From positions 64,933 through 128,932 of the forward strand of contig JADJCR010000003.1 in assembly GCA_016703125.1 (NCBI GenBank): a DNA stretch of 64,000 nucleotides. The letters run 5' to 3'. Under the pieces are notes generated by a model, which worked only from the letters and a program-made list of their open reading frames with translations, was not told the origin of the DNA and did no database searches. Shown here piece by piece: positions 10,097-19,578 of this stretch. The position numbers were made by a program, and so were the translations under genes. The number at the start of each line of letters is the position of its first letter. The stretch's first letter is position 1. This DNA comes from Micrococcales bacterium (GTDB taxonomy: Bacteria; Actinomycetota; Actinomycetes; S36-B12; UBA10799).

Positions 10097-10689
10097 GTGA
10101 CGGTGCTGCCGATGTTCCCTCTCGGCTCGGTGCTGCTTCCGCACATGCCGCTCGGACTGCGGTTGTTCGAGCCGCGGTACTTGCAGATGCTCGGTGAGTT
10201 GCTCGAGGAGCGCGAGCCGCAGTTCGGCGTCGTCCTCATCGAGCGTGGCCACGAGGTGGTGGCGGGGAACAGCGGTTCGCCGTGGGCACAGTGGCCCGGA
10301 TCATCGAGGTGGAGGCGCGACAGGACTTCATGGCCGTCGTCGCCCGCGGCACCACCCGCTTCGATGTCGCCGAGTGGTTGCCGGATCGGCCCTACCCCCG
10401 GGCCCGGATCCGCGAGATCGACGATTTCGCCTGGGACCCGGCGCTGGCCGGGCGGTGCGACGAGGTGGAGTCCCAGGTGCGGGCGGCGCTGACTCTGGCC
10501 GGTGCCGGAGCGGACATCGAACTGGCTGAGGAGCCGCTCCCACGGGCGTGGCAGATGGCGGGTCTGACGCCGGTGGGCCCGCTGGACCAGCAGCGACTGC
10601 TGGGCAGTTCGAGTCTGGCCGACCTGCTGGATACCACCGCACGCTTGACCGAGGAGGCGGTGGCCACCCTGCGGTACCTGGAGCCGTAG
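10097..10689 (+). pseudogene. LON N-terminal substrate-binding domain protein, frameshifted
   Basis: LPMFPLGSVLLPHMPLGLRLFEPRY in one frame continues as GEQRFAVGTVARI... in the frame of ORF 10282-10689. One base is missing in GGTGGTGG near 10265-10275. Confidence 0.75.
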
Positions 10690-10705
10690 GTCCGCGCAGA
10701 TTGCG

Positions 10706-11131
10706 TCAGGCGGGGCCCACGGTCAGGGAGATCGGCACAGCCCGCAGCGCCTGGCTCACCGGACAGTTGACCTTCGCATCCTCGGCGGCCGCTGCGAATC
10801 CCTCCGCGTCCAGACCGGGCACGTCGCCGACGACGTTGAGGCGGATGCCGGTGATCCCGGTCCCCGGCTGGAAGTCCACTTCGGCGGTGGTCTTCAACCT
10901 AGTGGCGGGAGTGCCGGCCTTCGCCAGGCCGTTGGACAGAGCCATCGAGAAGCAGGCGGAGTGCGCGGCGGCGATCAGTTCTTCGGGGCTGGTCTTTCCT
11001 GCGGGCTCCTCTGCGCGAGCGGGCCAGGAGACCGGGTAGGTGCCGATCCCGGACGACGACAGGGTGACCTCTCCTTCGCCCTCGAACAGGGTGCCGTTCC
11101 ACGTGGTGGTCGCGGTGCGTGTGGTTGCCAT
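10706..11131 (-). CDS. osmC: OsmC family peroxiredoxin
   Basis: 141 aa with both conserved Cys motifs (AAHSACF, VNCPVS). Confidence 0.9.
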   Translation of the reverse strand: MATTRTATTTWNGTLFEGEGEVTLSSSGIGTYPVSWPARAEEPAGKTSPEELIAAAHSACFSMALSNGLAKAGTPATRLKTTAEVDFQPGTGITGIRLNVVGDVPGLDAEGFAAAAEDAKVNCPVSQALRAVPISLTVGPA

Positions 11132-11160
11132 GCCTTCATGACTATCGCGGATCCGGCGTG

Positions 11161-11216
11161 CTGTCGACAGGGGGGTTGTCTGCAGACCATATTCATGTCA
11201 CTATGACTGACATGAA
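11161..11216. promoter_or_regulatory. cluster of three perfect palindromes in the osmC/tetR divergent region (candidate operators)
   Basis: CTGTCGACAG (11161-11170), GTCTGCAGAC (11178-11187) and TTCATGTCA-N7-TGACATGAA (11192-11216). The last spans the tetR start codon. Confidence 0.4.
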
Positions 11217-11811
11217 ATCAGCGGCCCCCAGGACCTACCGCATGCAGGCGCGGGCTGAGTCCTCCGAGCTCACGGCGCAGCGCATCCTGCGCGCCACCGT
11301 GGACATGTTCTGGGAGCGCCCCGGCGCTGACATGTCCCTGGACGACGTGGCCGGACGCGCCGGGGTCGCTACGCGCACAGTGATTCGCCGTTTCGGGTCC
11401 AAGGAGCAGTTGGTGGCTGCCGCGGCACAGTGGTCGGCCGACCAGGTGACCGCACAGCGGGCACAGGCGCCGGTGGGCGACATCCCGGGCAGTATCGACG
11501 TGCTGCTGGATCACTACGAGGAGTATGGCGACCGGGTCCTGCGGCTGCTGGCCGCCGAGGTCGAAGCCCCGGCGCTGGCGGCGGTCGCCGATCGGGGGCG
11601 GCAGGTGCATGTCCAGTGGTGCCGGGAGGTCTTCGCCCCGTACCTCGTGCGCGGCTCGGCCGCCACGCGACGACGCCGGCTCGCGCAGTTCGTCACGATC
11701 TGCGATGTCTACTCGTGGAAGCTGCTGCGCCGTGACTCCCGTCTGACCCGCTCGCAGACCCGGATGGCCCTGGTCGAAATGCTCATCCCTCTCACATTGG
11801 AGTCGTCATGA
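11203..11811 (+). CDS. TetR family transcriptional regulator
   Basis: N-terminal HTH (LDDVAGRAGVATRTVIRRFGSKEQL). The stop overlaps the GT1 start (ATGA). Confidence 0.85.
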   Translation: MTDMKSAAPRTYRMQARAESSELTAQRILRATVDMFWERPGADMSLDDVAGRAGVATRTVIRRFGSKEQLVAAAAQWSADQVTAQRAQAPVGDIPGSIDVLLDHYEEYGDRVLRLLAAEVEAPALAAVADRGRQVHVQWCREVFAPYLVRGSAATRRRRLAQFVTICDVYSWKLLRRDSRLTRSQTRMALVEMLIPLTLESS

Positions 11812-13046
11812 CCCGGATACTCGCCTACACCTCGCCTGCCCGGGGGCACCTCTACCCAGCGACCGCCATCCTGCTGGAACTGCGCGACCGCGGCCACGAC
11901 GTCGTGGTCCGCACGCTGGCATCCGAGGTGTCGATGCTGCGTGGTCTCGGACTGCGCGCGGATGCGGTCGACGGGCGGGTCGAGGCCGTGCTGCAGCAGG
12001 ACTGGCGCAAGCGTGGCGCACAGCAGGCGCTCAAGGCCAACGTGGCCACCTTCGTCGAGCGCGCGCAGTTCGACGGTCCTGACCTGGAGGACGCGATCGC
12101 GCGAGAGCGCCCTGACGTGGTGATCGTGGACATCAACACCTGGGGTGCCCTCGCGGCGGCGCAGAAGTGGGGTGGTCCTTGGGCGGCATTCTGCCCGTAC
12201 CCCATGCCCCTGCCGTCGGCAGACGTGCCACCTTTCGGGCCCGGTCTGCGGCCCGGTCGGTCTGCGGGAGCGCGGATGCGTGACGCCGTGCTGCGTCCGT
12301 TGATCACCGGGACCCTGGAGCGCGGGATGCTGCCCGGGCTGAACGACGGCCGGGCTCGGATGGGTCTGCCGCCACTCGCGCACCTCACCGGGCAGTTCCT
12401 GGCGCCGCCGCTGATGGTGTACCTCACGGCCGAACCGTTCGAGTACCACCGCAACGACTGGCCTGACAGCGTCGTCATGGTCGGGCCGTGTCCATGGGAG
12501 CCGCCTGCCGATGAGCCCGCGTGGCTCGACGGGATCACCGAGCCGCTCGTGGTGGTCACGACGTCCTCGGAGTTCCAGGACGACGGCCGCTTGGTCCATG
12601 TCGCGCTCGAGGCGCTGGCCGACCGGTCGCTGCAGGTTGTTGCCACCGTCCCGGCCGGCGACCCCGGATCCTTCCCGGTGCCCGCCAACGCGAAGGTGGT
12701 CTCGTTCGCGGCGCACGGTCCGCTGTTCCAGAGAGCCAGTGTGGTGGTCACCCACGGCGGGATGGGTGCCACGCAGAAGGCCCTGGCGAACCAGGTGCCG
12801 GTGGTGGCGGTGCCGTTCGGTCGTGACCAGTTGGAGGTGGCCCGTCGGGTCGAGGTCGCCGGTGCGGGCGTCCGCCTGCCCAGCCGCCGTCTGTCACCGC
12901 CCCGCCTGCAGTCGGCGGTCCAGCAGGCGATGGGCATGCGCGAAGGGGCGCAGCGGGTGGCGGCCGGGTACCGGTCCGCGGGCGGTCCGCGTGCCGCGGC
13001 CGACGCGGTGGAAGCGCGACTGCTGGGTGTGTCAGCGCGAACGTAG
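11808..13046 (+). CDS. GT1-family UDP-glycosyltransferase (MGT/macrolide-glycosyltransferase-like)
   Basis: 412 aa; N-terminal SPARGHLYP and C-terminal THGGMGATQKAL...PFGRDQ nucleotide-sugar motif. Confidence 0.85.
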   Translation: MTRILAYTSPARGHLYPATAILLELRDRGHDVVVRTLASEVSMLRGLGLRADAVDGRVEAVLQQDWRKRGAQQALKANVATFVERAQFDGPDLEDAIARERPDVVIVDINTWGALAAAQKWGGPWAAFCPYPMPLPSADVPPFGPGLRPGRSAGARMRDAVLRPLITGTLERGMLPGLNDGRARMGLPPLAHLTGQFLAPPLMVYLTAEPFEYHRNDWPDSVVMVGPCPWEPPADEPAWLDGITEPLVVVTTSSEFQDDGRLVHVALEALADRSLQVVATVPAGDPGSFPVPANAKVVSFAAHGPLFQRASVVVTHGGMGATQKALANQVPVVAVPFGRDQLEVARRVEVAGAGVRLPSRRLSPPRLQSAVQQAMGMREGAQRVAAGYRSAGGPRAAADAVEARLLGVSART

Positions 13047-13180
13047 CGTCCTGTGTCACGCGGGCCAGGTTGGAGTCCGTTCACGGCGCTGGAGGTGCCA
13101 CGTGTGCGTTCTCCAACCTCGTGGTCGTTCTCCAACGTCGCGGTGCTCGCCCCCCTGGCCAGGCCCGGTGCGCGACGAAC

Positions 13181-13891
13181 CTAGGTTCCACCCCTGAGGC
13201 CCGAGCCCAGGGCAAAGTCGGCTGCGGCGCGGGCGTGGAGGTAGGCGGTCGGGAAGAACGCGACGGGGACATCGCCGGGTCCGACGAGCAACTCGATCTC
13301 CGTGCAGCCGGCGATCACGCCCTGCGCTCCAGCCATTACGAGGCGCCGGATCGCCTCCACGTAGCGGGTTCGCGACTCCGCCACGACGACACCACGCACC
13401 AGCTCTGCGTAGATGATGTCGTGGATCATGCTCCGGTCCGGCTCGTCGGGGACGAGGACGTGCAGCCCGGCGGCGCGCAGGCGCTGGGAGATGAAGTCCT
13501 GCTCCATCGTGTAGCGGGTACCCAGCAGCGCGACCCGGTCGATGCCGGCGCGGGTCGCCGCACTCGCCGTGGCATCCGCGATGTGCAGCACGGGTACCGT
13601 GACCGCGGCCTGGATGTCGTCGAAGACCCGGTGCATGGTGTTCGTGCACAGCACGACACCTTCCGCGCCGGATCGCTGCAGGTCCTGCGCTGCGTCGCTG
13701 AGGACCGTGGCTGCGCCGGGCCAGTCGCCGGCCTCTTGCAGGGCCTCGATGTCCGCGAAGTTGAACGAGCGGATCACCAGATCGGCCGATGCCGTGCCGC
13801 CGAGTCTGTCGCGCACCGCTTCGTTGATCCATCGCTCGTACTGGATCGAGGATTCCCAGGACATCCCGCCGAGCAGGCCGAGCCTCTTCAT
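13181..13891 (-). CDS. aspartate/glutamate racemase family protein
   Basis: MKRLGLLGGMSWEST N-terminus and a second catalytic-Cys motif, IAGCTEIELL. Confidence 0.85.
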   Translation of the reverse strand: MKRLGLLGGMSWESSIQYERWINEAVRDRLGGTASADLVIRSFNFADIEALQEAGDWPGAATVLSDAAQDLQRSGAEGVVLCTNTMHRVFDDIQAAVTVPVLHIADATASAATRAGIDRVALLGTRYTMEQDFISQRLRAAGLHVLVPDEPDRSMIHDIIYAELVRGVVVAESRTRYVEAIRRLVMAGAQGVIAGCTEIELLVGPGDVPVAFFPTAYLHARAAADFALGSGLRGGT

Positions 13892-13914
13892 GGCCGCCAA
13901 CTTAGGCTCGAGGC

Positions 13915-14691
13915 ATGCATGACGTCCCCCTGGGCTGGCGTACCGACATCGAGGTGTTGCGCCGCTCCGGGGCGCAGATCACCGAGTCGGCCGGTCATGT
14001 CGTTGTGCGGTCCCCGGACAACCCGGGCTACTACTGGGGCAACTTCGTCTACATCGGCGACCCGGCGCTCGCCGCCGACCCCGAGGGGTGTCTGGCACTG
14101 ATGCGCCGGTCGGTCCCGGATGTCACGCACGTCGCGATCGGCCTTCCGGGGCCGCCGGCCGTCCCCGCGTGGCAGGCGCTCGGCATCACGGTGGAGTGTG
14201 ACGAGGTGCTGGTCGCCGATCGGCCACCGGCAGGTCGGCCGCTGCCGGAGGGTTACCACGCCCGGGAACTCCGTGACGCTGACGACTGGGAGCAGGCCGT
14301 CGGCAAGGAACTGGCCGAGGCGGGATCCCCGTCGGACCCGGCGTACGAGGAGTTCGTGCGCCGCCGTGTCGATTCCCGCCGCCGCATGGTGAGCAACGGC
14401 GACGCCGCGTTCATGGGGGTGTTCCTGGGCGACCGGCTCGTCGCGGACCTGGGGATCGTCCTGTGTGCCGGCCCCGCGCGGTACCAGAGCGTCGGCACCG
14501 ACCCCGCGCATCGTGGGCGGGGGCTCGCCTCGCACCTTCTGCACATGGCGGGCGAGTGGGCCGAGGGTCGCGGGGCCACCCGGTGGGTGATCGTGGCGGA
14601 CCGCGGCAGCGATGCCGCACGGCTCTACCGGCGCTGCGGCCTGCGCCCGGCCGGGCATTCGTGGCAGGTGTACCGGACGGGGGAGACGTGA
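13915..14691 (+). CDS. GNAT family N-acetyltransferase
   Basis: C-terminal acetyl-CoA motif (HRGRGLASHLL). Confidence 0.75.
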   Translation: MHDVPLGWRTDIEVLRRSGAQITESAGHVVVRSPDNPGYYWGNFVYIGDPALAADPEGCLALMRRSVPDVTHVAIGLPGPPAVPAWQALGITVECDEVLVADRPPAGRPLPEGYHARELRDADDWEQAVGKELAEAGSPSDPAYEEFVRRRVDSRRRMVSNGDAAFMGVFLGDRLVADLGIVLCAGPARYQSVGTDPAHRGRGLASHLLHMAGEWAEGRGATRWVIVADRGSDAARLYRRCGLRPAGHSWQVYRTGET

Positions 14692-15159
14692 GCGCGCGTC
14701 ACAGCGCGGGGCTGCTGCCTGTGCGCCACACGCCGGCCGGGCCCGAGATCTTCCTGGTTCACATGGCCGGCCCGCACTGGGCCCACAAGGATGCTGGAGC
14801 CTGGTCGATCGCCAAAGGGGAGTACGACCCGGCCACCGAGGACCCCTGGCAGGTGGCCGTGCGGGAATTCGGCGAGGAGGTCGGCATGCCCGCGCCCGAG
14901 GGGCCGGTCTCGGACATCGGGGAGCACCGCATGCCCAGTGGCAAGCGCGTGCGCGTCTTCGTGGTGGAGACGACACAGGACCTGCGATTCGTCTCGAGCA
15001 ATCTGTTCGCCATGGAGTGGCGCGCGCGGTTCCGGCCGGCTCGAGGAGTTCCCCGAGACCGATGGTGCGGCGTGGTTCTCGCTGGATGAGGCCGCCCGCA
15101 GACTCGTCTCGGGGCAACTGGCGATCCTCGCCGCGGTGCGCGCGCATCTGGATCACTGA
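14688..15159 (+). pseudogene. NUDIX hydrolase, frameshifted
   Basis: Nudix box (REFGEEVG). GTG start overlaps the GNAT stop. The C-terminus (SGRLEEFPETDGAAWFSLDEA...) is in the frame of ORF 14791-15159. Extra T near 15030. Confidence 0.75.
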
Positions 15160-15165
15160 TCCGGC

Positions 15166-15762
15166 TCAACCGCGGCCGGTCTCCACCCGTGCCATGTGGT
15201 GGGACCATTCCTCCACGTCCGCGCGGCCCGGCCCGTCGGTCTGGGCCACGACCTGGATCGTGAGGCCGTCCAGGAGTGCCAGCAGACGCCAGGCGGAGGC
15301 GCGGGGGTCCGGGCAGTCGAACTCGCCCGCTTCCACCCCGGCCCGCAGGATCTCCTCGAGCAGGCCCTGCCAGCCGGCGTTCAGTTTCGCCGCGATGTCG
15401 CGCACCGCCGGGTGACGCGCCGAACTGCTCCAGGCATCCATCCACCACTGGAACTGCCAGGCGTCGCGCGCGGGCTGGAACTCGGACACGATGGCGTCCA
15501 GTTGTTCGCTCGGTGTGTCCAGCCCGCCGACCACGGCGCGTGCGCGCTGCAGGTCCTCGGCGGCGACCCGTTCGAAGGCCGCCGCCATGAGGTCGTCGTA
15601 ACTGTCGAAGTAGTGGTGCATGAGGCCGGTGCTGACACCGGCCTCCGCAGCCACCGTGCGGGTGCTCGACTCGAGCATGCCGTTGCGACGGATCGCGCGC
15701 ACCGCCGCGGCGATCAGCGCCTCACGCCGATCGCCCGCGGACATGTGCACCTGGGTCTTCAC
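15166..15762 (-). CDS. TetR family transcriptional regulator
   Basis: HTH ([20 protein letters not shown]). The start overlaps the aguA stop by 4 nt. Confidence 0.85.
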   Translation of the reverse strand: MKTQVHMSAGDRREALIAAAVRAIRRNGMLESSTRTVAAEAGVSTGLMHHYFDSYDDLMAAAFERVAAEDLQRARAVVGGLDTPSEQLDAIVSEFQPARDAWQFQWWMDAWSSSARHPAVRDIAAKLNAGWQGLLEEILRAGVEAGEFDCPDPRASAWRLLALLDGLTIQVVAQTDGPGRADVEEWSHHMARVETGRG

Positions 15763-16856
15763 GGCCCGCCCGGTTCCTGCTGGGTGATGCAGTGGACGTT
15801 GCCGCCGCCGAGCAGGATCTCCCGACCCGGGACGGTGACGATCTCGCGGTCGGGGAACAACCGCTTGTACGTCAGTATCGCGTCCTCGTCGTGCGGGTCG
15901 TCGAAGACCGGCAGCACGACCACGCCGTTGCCGATGAACGAATTGACGTACGAGCCGGCGAGTCGTTCACCCTCCACGCGCGGTTGCACCCCCGGGATGT
16001 GATCGACGCCGGCGGCCTCCTCGGCCGTGATGAAGATCGGTCCGGGCTGGTGCAGTTTCACGACCTCCAGCGGGCGGCCCCGGGCGTCGGTCTCAGCCTG
16101 CAGGATCTCCAGCGCCTCGTTGCTGATCTCCCACTGCGGGTCGCTGCGGTCGTCGGTCCAGGTCAGCATCACGACCCCGGGTGCCGCGAAGCGCGCGAAG
16201 TTGTCCACGTGGCCGTCGGTCTCGTCGAGGTACACCCCGTGCGGCAGCCAGATCACCTTGTCCGCACCGAGGTACTCGCACAGGTTGTGCTCGATCTCCT
16301 GTTTGCTCAGGTGCGGGTTGCGGTTGTGGTTGAGCAGGCACTCCTCAGTGGTGAGTACGGTGCCCTGCCCGTCCACGTCGATCGACCCGCCCTCGAGGAC
16401 GAAGTCCGCGCGGTACATCGCGACCCCCTCCATCTCGAGGACCTTGCGCGCTACCAGGTCGTCGTGGTCCCACGGGAAGTACAGGCCGCCTTCGAGGCCA
16501 CCCCAGGCGTTGAACCGCCAGTCCACCCCGCGCAACTCCCCGGCGTCGTTGATGACGAATGTCGGCCCGGTGTCGCGCATCCACGAGTCGTCGGTGGACA
16601 TCTCCACCTCCCTGACCTGGGCCGGAAGATGTTGGCGGGCGTTGAGGTACTGCTGCCCGGAAACCACCATGGTCAGCGGTTCGTGGTCGCAGATGGCCGC
16701 CGCCACCTGGCTGAACGCATCCTGGGCGGGCTTGGCCCCCAGTCGCCAGTTGTCGGGGCGCTCGGGCCAGACCATCCAGCAGTTGCACTGCCGCTCCCAT
16801 TCCGCCGGCATGCGGAAGCCGTCGGCTTTGGGCGTGCCGTCGAGGACGCGGGTCAT
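15759..16856 (-). CDS. aguA: agmatine deiminase
   Basis: 365 aa; MPAEWE N-terminus and C-terminal catalytic [11 protein letters not shown]. Confidence 0.9.
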   Translation of the reverse strand: MTRVLDGTPKADGFRMPAEWERQCNCWMVWPERPDNWRLGAKPAQDAFSQVAAAICDHEPLTMVVSGQQYLNARQHLPAQVREVEMSTDDSWMRDTGPTFVINDAGELRGVDWRFNAWGGLEGGLYFPWDHDDLVARKVLEMEGVAMYRADFVLEGGSIDVDGQGTVLTTEECLLNHNRNPHLSKQEIEHNLCEYLGADKVIWLPHGVYLDETDGHVDNFARFAAPGVVMLTWTDDRSDPQWEISNEALEILQAETDARGRPLEVVKLHQPGPIFITAEEAAGVDHIPGVQPRVEGERLAGSYVNSFIGNGVVVLPVFDDPHDEDAILTYKRLFPDREIVTVPGREILLGGGNVHCITQQEPGGP

Positions 16857-18346
16857 CGCCGCTCACCCCCGTGGGCTTCGTAGGTCCGGTCGATACCGGC
16901 CGGGGTGTCCGGAGCGATCCCTTCGAGATCCACCGCCGCCCCCGCCTCCGGGTGTTCGGTGCGCTTCCAGTGCGGCGAGCGCCACACCAGCAGCTCCTGG
17001 GCGACGAACGTCGCGGCGAGGCCACCGAGGATCAGCCACGTGGTCGTGGCATCGAACTCCACCCACGGGTTCCACACGAAGAAGAACACAGCGGCGGCCA
17101 GCAGTACGACGACCAGCGTGGCCGACAGCCAGGCGCCGAACGCCTTGCCCGGCACGGTGTACGGCCGGTGTGCGTCCGGGTCGATCCGGCGCAGGCGCAG
17201 GAACGCCAGCGACATGGCCACGTAAGGCAGCAGGAACACGATCGAGCTGAACGCGAACAGGCTCCAGAAGAGAGCGTCGATGTCACCGTTCGTCAGGGAG
17301 AACAGCACTCCGTAGACCAGCGTGATGGCGGCGCTGACCAGAGCGGTGAAGCCGGCGGCTCCCACCGGTGTGCGGCGCTTCGCGCTCATGTGCTTGAACA
17401 CCGGCGGCAGGTCGCCCTGCTCGGCAGCCTCCGCAGCGGCCCGGTTCGCCCCTATCGTCCATGGGATGAGCGCGGCGAAGAACGCGTACAGGATCCCGAT
17501 GCCGAGCACGGTCGTGAACACTCCGGCGCCGAACACCGTCGTGAGCGCATCCAGCAGGCCGCTGGTCTCCGAGATCTCCTCCGCCGGCACGATGACCTGC
17601 ATCCCGATGGTCGAGATCAGGTAGAACGCGCCGATCAGCACACCGGCGATCACGATCGTGCGGGGCACGTCGCGGCGCGGATTGCGCATCTCGTTCGAGG
17701 CGCTGCTCATCAGTTCGAAGCCGAGGAAGTTGTAGATGATGATCGGTAGTGCGAGCGCCACGGTCGGTGCGGTCGGGATCATGGACTCGGTCGTCCACGT
17801 GAAGTTCGTCGCCGATCCGTCGCCGGACCACGCCACGAACCCCGCCACGCCGATCAGGACGATGACTCCCACGGTGATCATGGCGCCGAGGTTCGACACC
17901 CACTTGCCGGTGTCGAGCGTGAGAACGTTGACCAGCCAGTTGACGCCGATCAGCACCAGGGCGATGCCCACCTGCGGCCAGAATCCGAGTCCGGGGAAGA
18001 ACATGTCGGACAGGACCACCGAGAACATCAGGTAGACCGAGGGGACCCACAGCGCGACGTTGAGCCAGTACCACCAGGACACCCGGGTCCCCCACCGGTT
18101 CCCGAACGCCCTCACGATCCACGCGTAGATGCCGCCGGTGTCCGGGTAGGTGGAACCGAGTTCGGCGGTCATCAGCCCGTACGGCAGGAAGAAGGCTGCG
18201 ATCATCACCACGGTCCATACGACCGCGGACGGTCCGATCTGCGCGGTGAGCGTGACCTGGCTGAGCAGCAGGATCGCGCAGACGCTGAACAGGATCATGT
18301 CGAACATCCGCAGCGCGCGCGGTGTGCTCGTCTCTTGTGTGGTCAT
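16853..18346 (-). CDS. APC-family amino acid/polyamine permease (putative agmatine:putrescine antiporter)
   Basis: 497 aa with about 12 TM helices, sitting between ptcA and aguA. Its stop overlaps the aguA start. Confidence 0.8.
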   Translation of the reverse strand: MTTQETSTPRALRMFDMILFSVCAILLLSQVTLTAQIGPSAVVWTVVMIAAFFLPYGLMTAELGSTYPDTGGIYAWIVRAFGNRWGTRVSWWYWLNVALWVPSVYLMFSVVLSDMFFPGLGFWPQVGIALVLIGVNWLVNVLTLDTGKWVSNLGAMITVGVIVLIGVAGFVAWSGDGSATNFTWTTESMIPTAPTVALALPIIIYNFLGFELMSSASNEMRNPRRDVPRTIVIAGVLIGAFYLISTIGMQVIVPAEEISETSGLLDALTTVFGAGVFTTVLGIGILYAFFAALIPWTIGANRAAAEAAEQGDLPPVFKHMSAKRRTPVGAAGFTALVSAAITLVYGVLFSLTNGDIDALFWSLFAFSSIVFLLPYVAMSLAFLRLRRIDPDAHRPYTVPGKAFGAWLSATLVVVLLAAAVFFFVWNPWVEFDATTTWLILGGLAATFVAQELLVWRSPHWKRTEHPEAGAAVDLEGIAPDTPAGIDRTYEAHGGERR

Positions 18347-18359
18347 GTTCCGGCTCCCC

Positions 18360-19384
18360 TCAGATGCTCACGGTGTCGTGGAGGAAGGACTCGATGCGTC
18401 CTTCGTGGTAGGCGCGCAGCGCAGCGGTCGGCTGCTCCAGGCGCGGCATGATGTACCAGGCCAGAGGCCCTTCTCGGTGTGCAGCCGGTTCTCGCTCTGG
18501 TCGTAGATGATCGACTGGGCGGAATCCATGACCTCGTCGGTCGCCTCGACCCCGCGTGATGCCGGCAGGCAGTGCATGAACCTGGCGTGCTCCGGTGCGC
18601 GGGCGAGCAGGCCGGCGTTGACCTGGTAGCGCGGCTTGAATGCCTTCACGCGATCCGGGATCTCGTCCTCCTGGCCGAACCACCACCAGAGGTCGGTGTA
18701 GATGAAGTCGGCGTTGACGACCGCATCCTCGACGTCCTCCGTCTCGAGGTACCGCCCGCCGTACGTCTCCTGGTTCTTGGCGAGTTCGTCGAGCACCGTC
18801 GGCCACTGGGCTTTGATGCCGTACTGCTCGGGCCGGGCGTGGATGAACGTTCCGCCCAGCATGGTGACGATCTGGGCCGTCGAGGTGCAGACGTTGGTGG
18901 CGTCGCCGACGAAGACGACCGTGAGATCCGAGAACGGCTTGTCGGTGTGCTCGGTCATCGTGAACACGTCGCACACGGCCTGGGTGGGGTGGTTGTAGTC
19001 GGTGAGTCCGTTGATGACGGGGACCTCGGCGTGCTCGGCGAAGTCGGTGACCGTCGCATGCTTGAATGCGCGGATCTCGACCGCATCCACCATGCGGGAC
19101 AGGACCTGCGCGGTGTCCTTGATGTTCTCCTTGGCCCCGAGGTGGATCTCGCCGGGCTTGAGGTACAGGGCGTGGCCGCCGAGTTTGGTCATCGCGACCT
19201 CGAACGAGACGCGGGTGCGGGTGGAGGCTTCCTCGAAGATCATTCCGAGGGAGGCGCCCTCCAACAACCGCGGGCAGGCGTTCTGTTTGTCGGCCTGCTT
19301 GAGCAGCGAGATCAGGGACATCTGGGCGCGGATGGTCTCCGGCCCCAGGTCCTGGGTGTCGATGAAGTTGCGAGCAGTTCGCAT
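18360..19384 (-). pseudogene. ptcA: putrescine carbamoyltransferase-like transcarbamylase, frameshifted near the C-terminus
   Basis: STRTR and HCLP motifs are present. The ornithine SMG loop is replaced by DLWWWFGQ. A C-terminal extension (LAWYIMPRLEQ...FLHDTVSI) is in the frame of ORF 18360-19484. One base is missing near 18463-18468. Confidence 0.75.
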
Positions 19385-19578
19385 CGAAGAGACAACCTTC
19401 CTGTCGAGAGGTCGTCGAGAGCGGCGGACGGGTGGGCCTCGCCCGCCCCGGTCGGCGGTCCCTTTGTGAGGGAACATCCACCACTGTACGCCGGACTTGA
19501 GCGTGCGCTCAACTCGGGTCCACAACGGGAAAACGCCACCCCGTGGCGCTTACCGTGATCGTGAAGGGGGGTAGGTCC

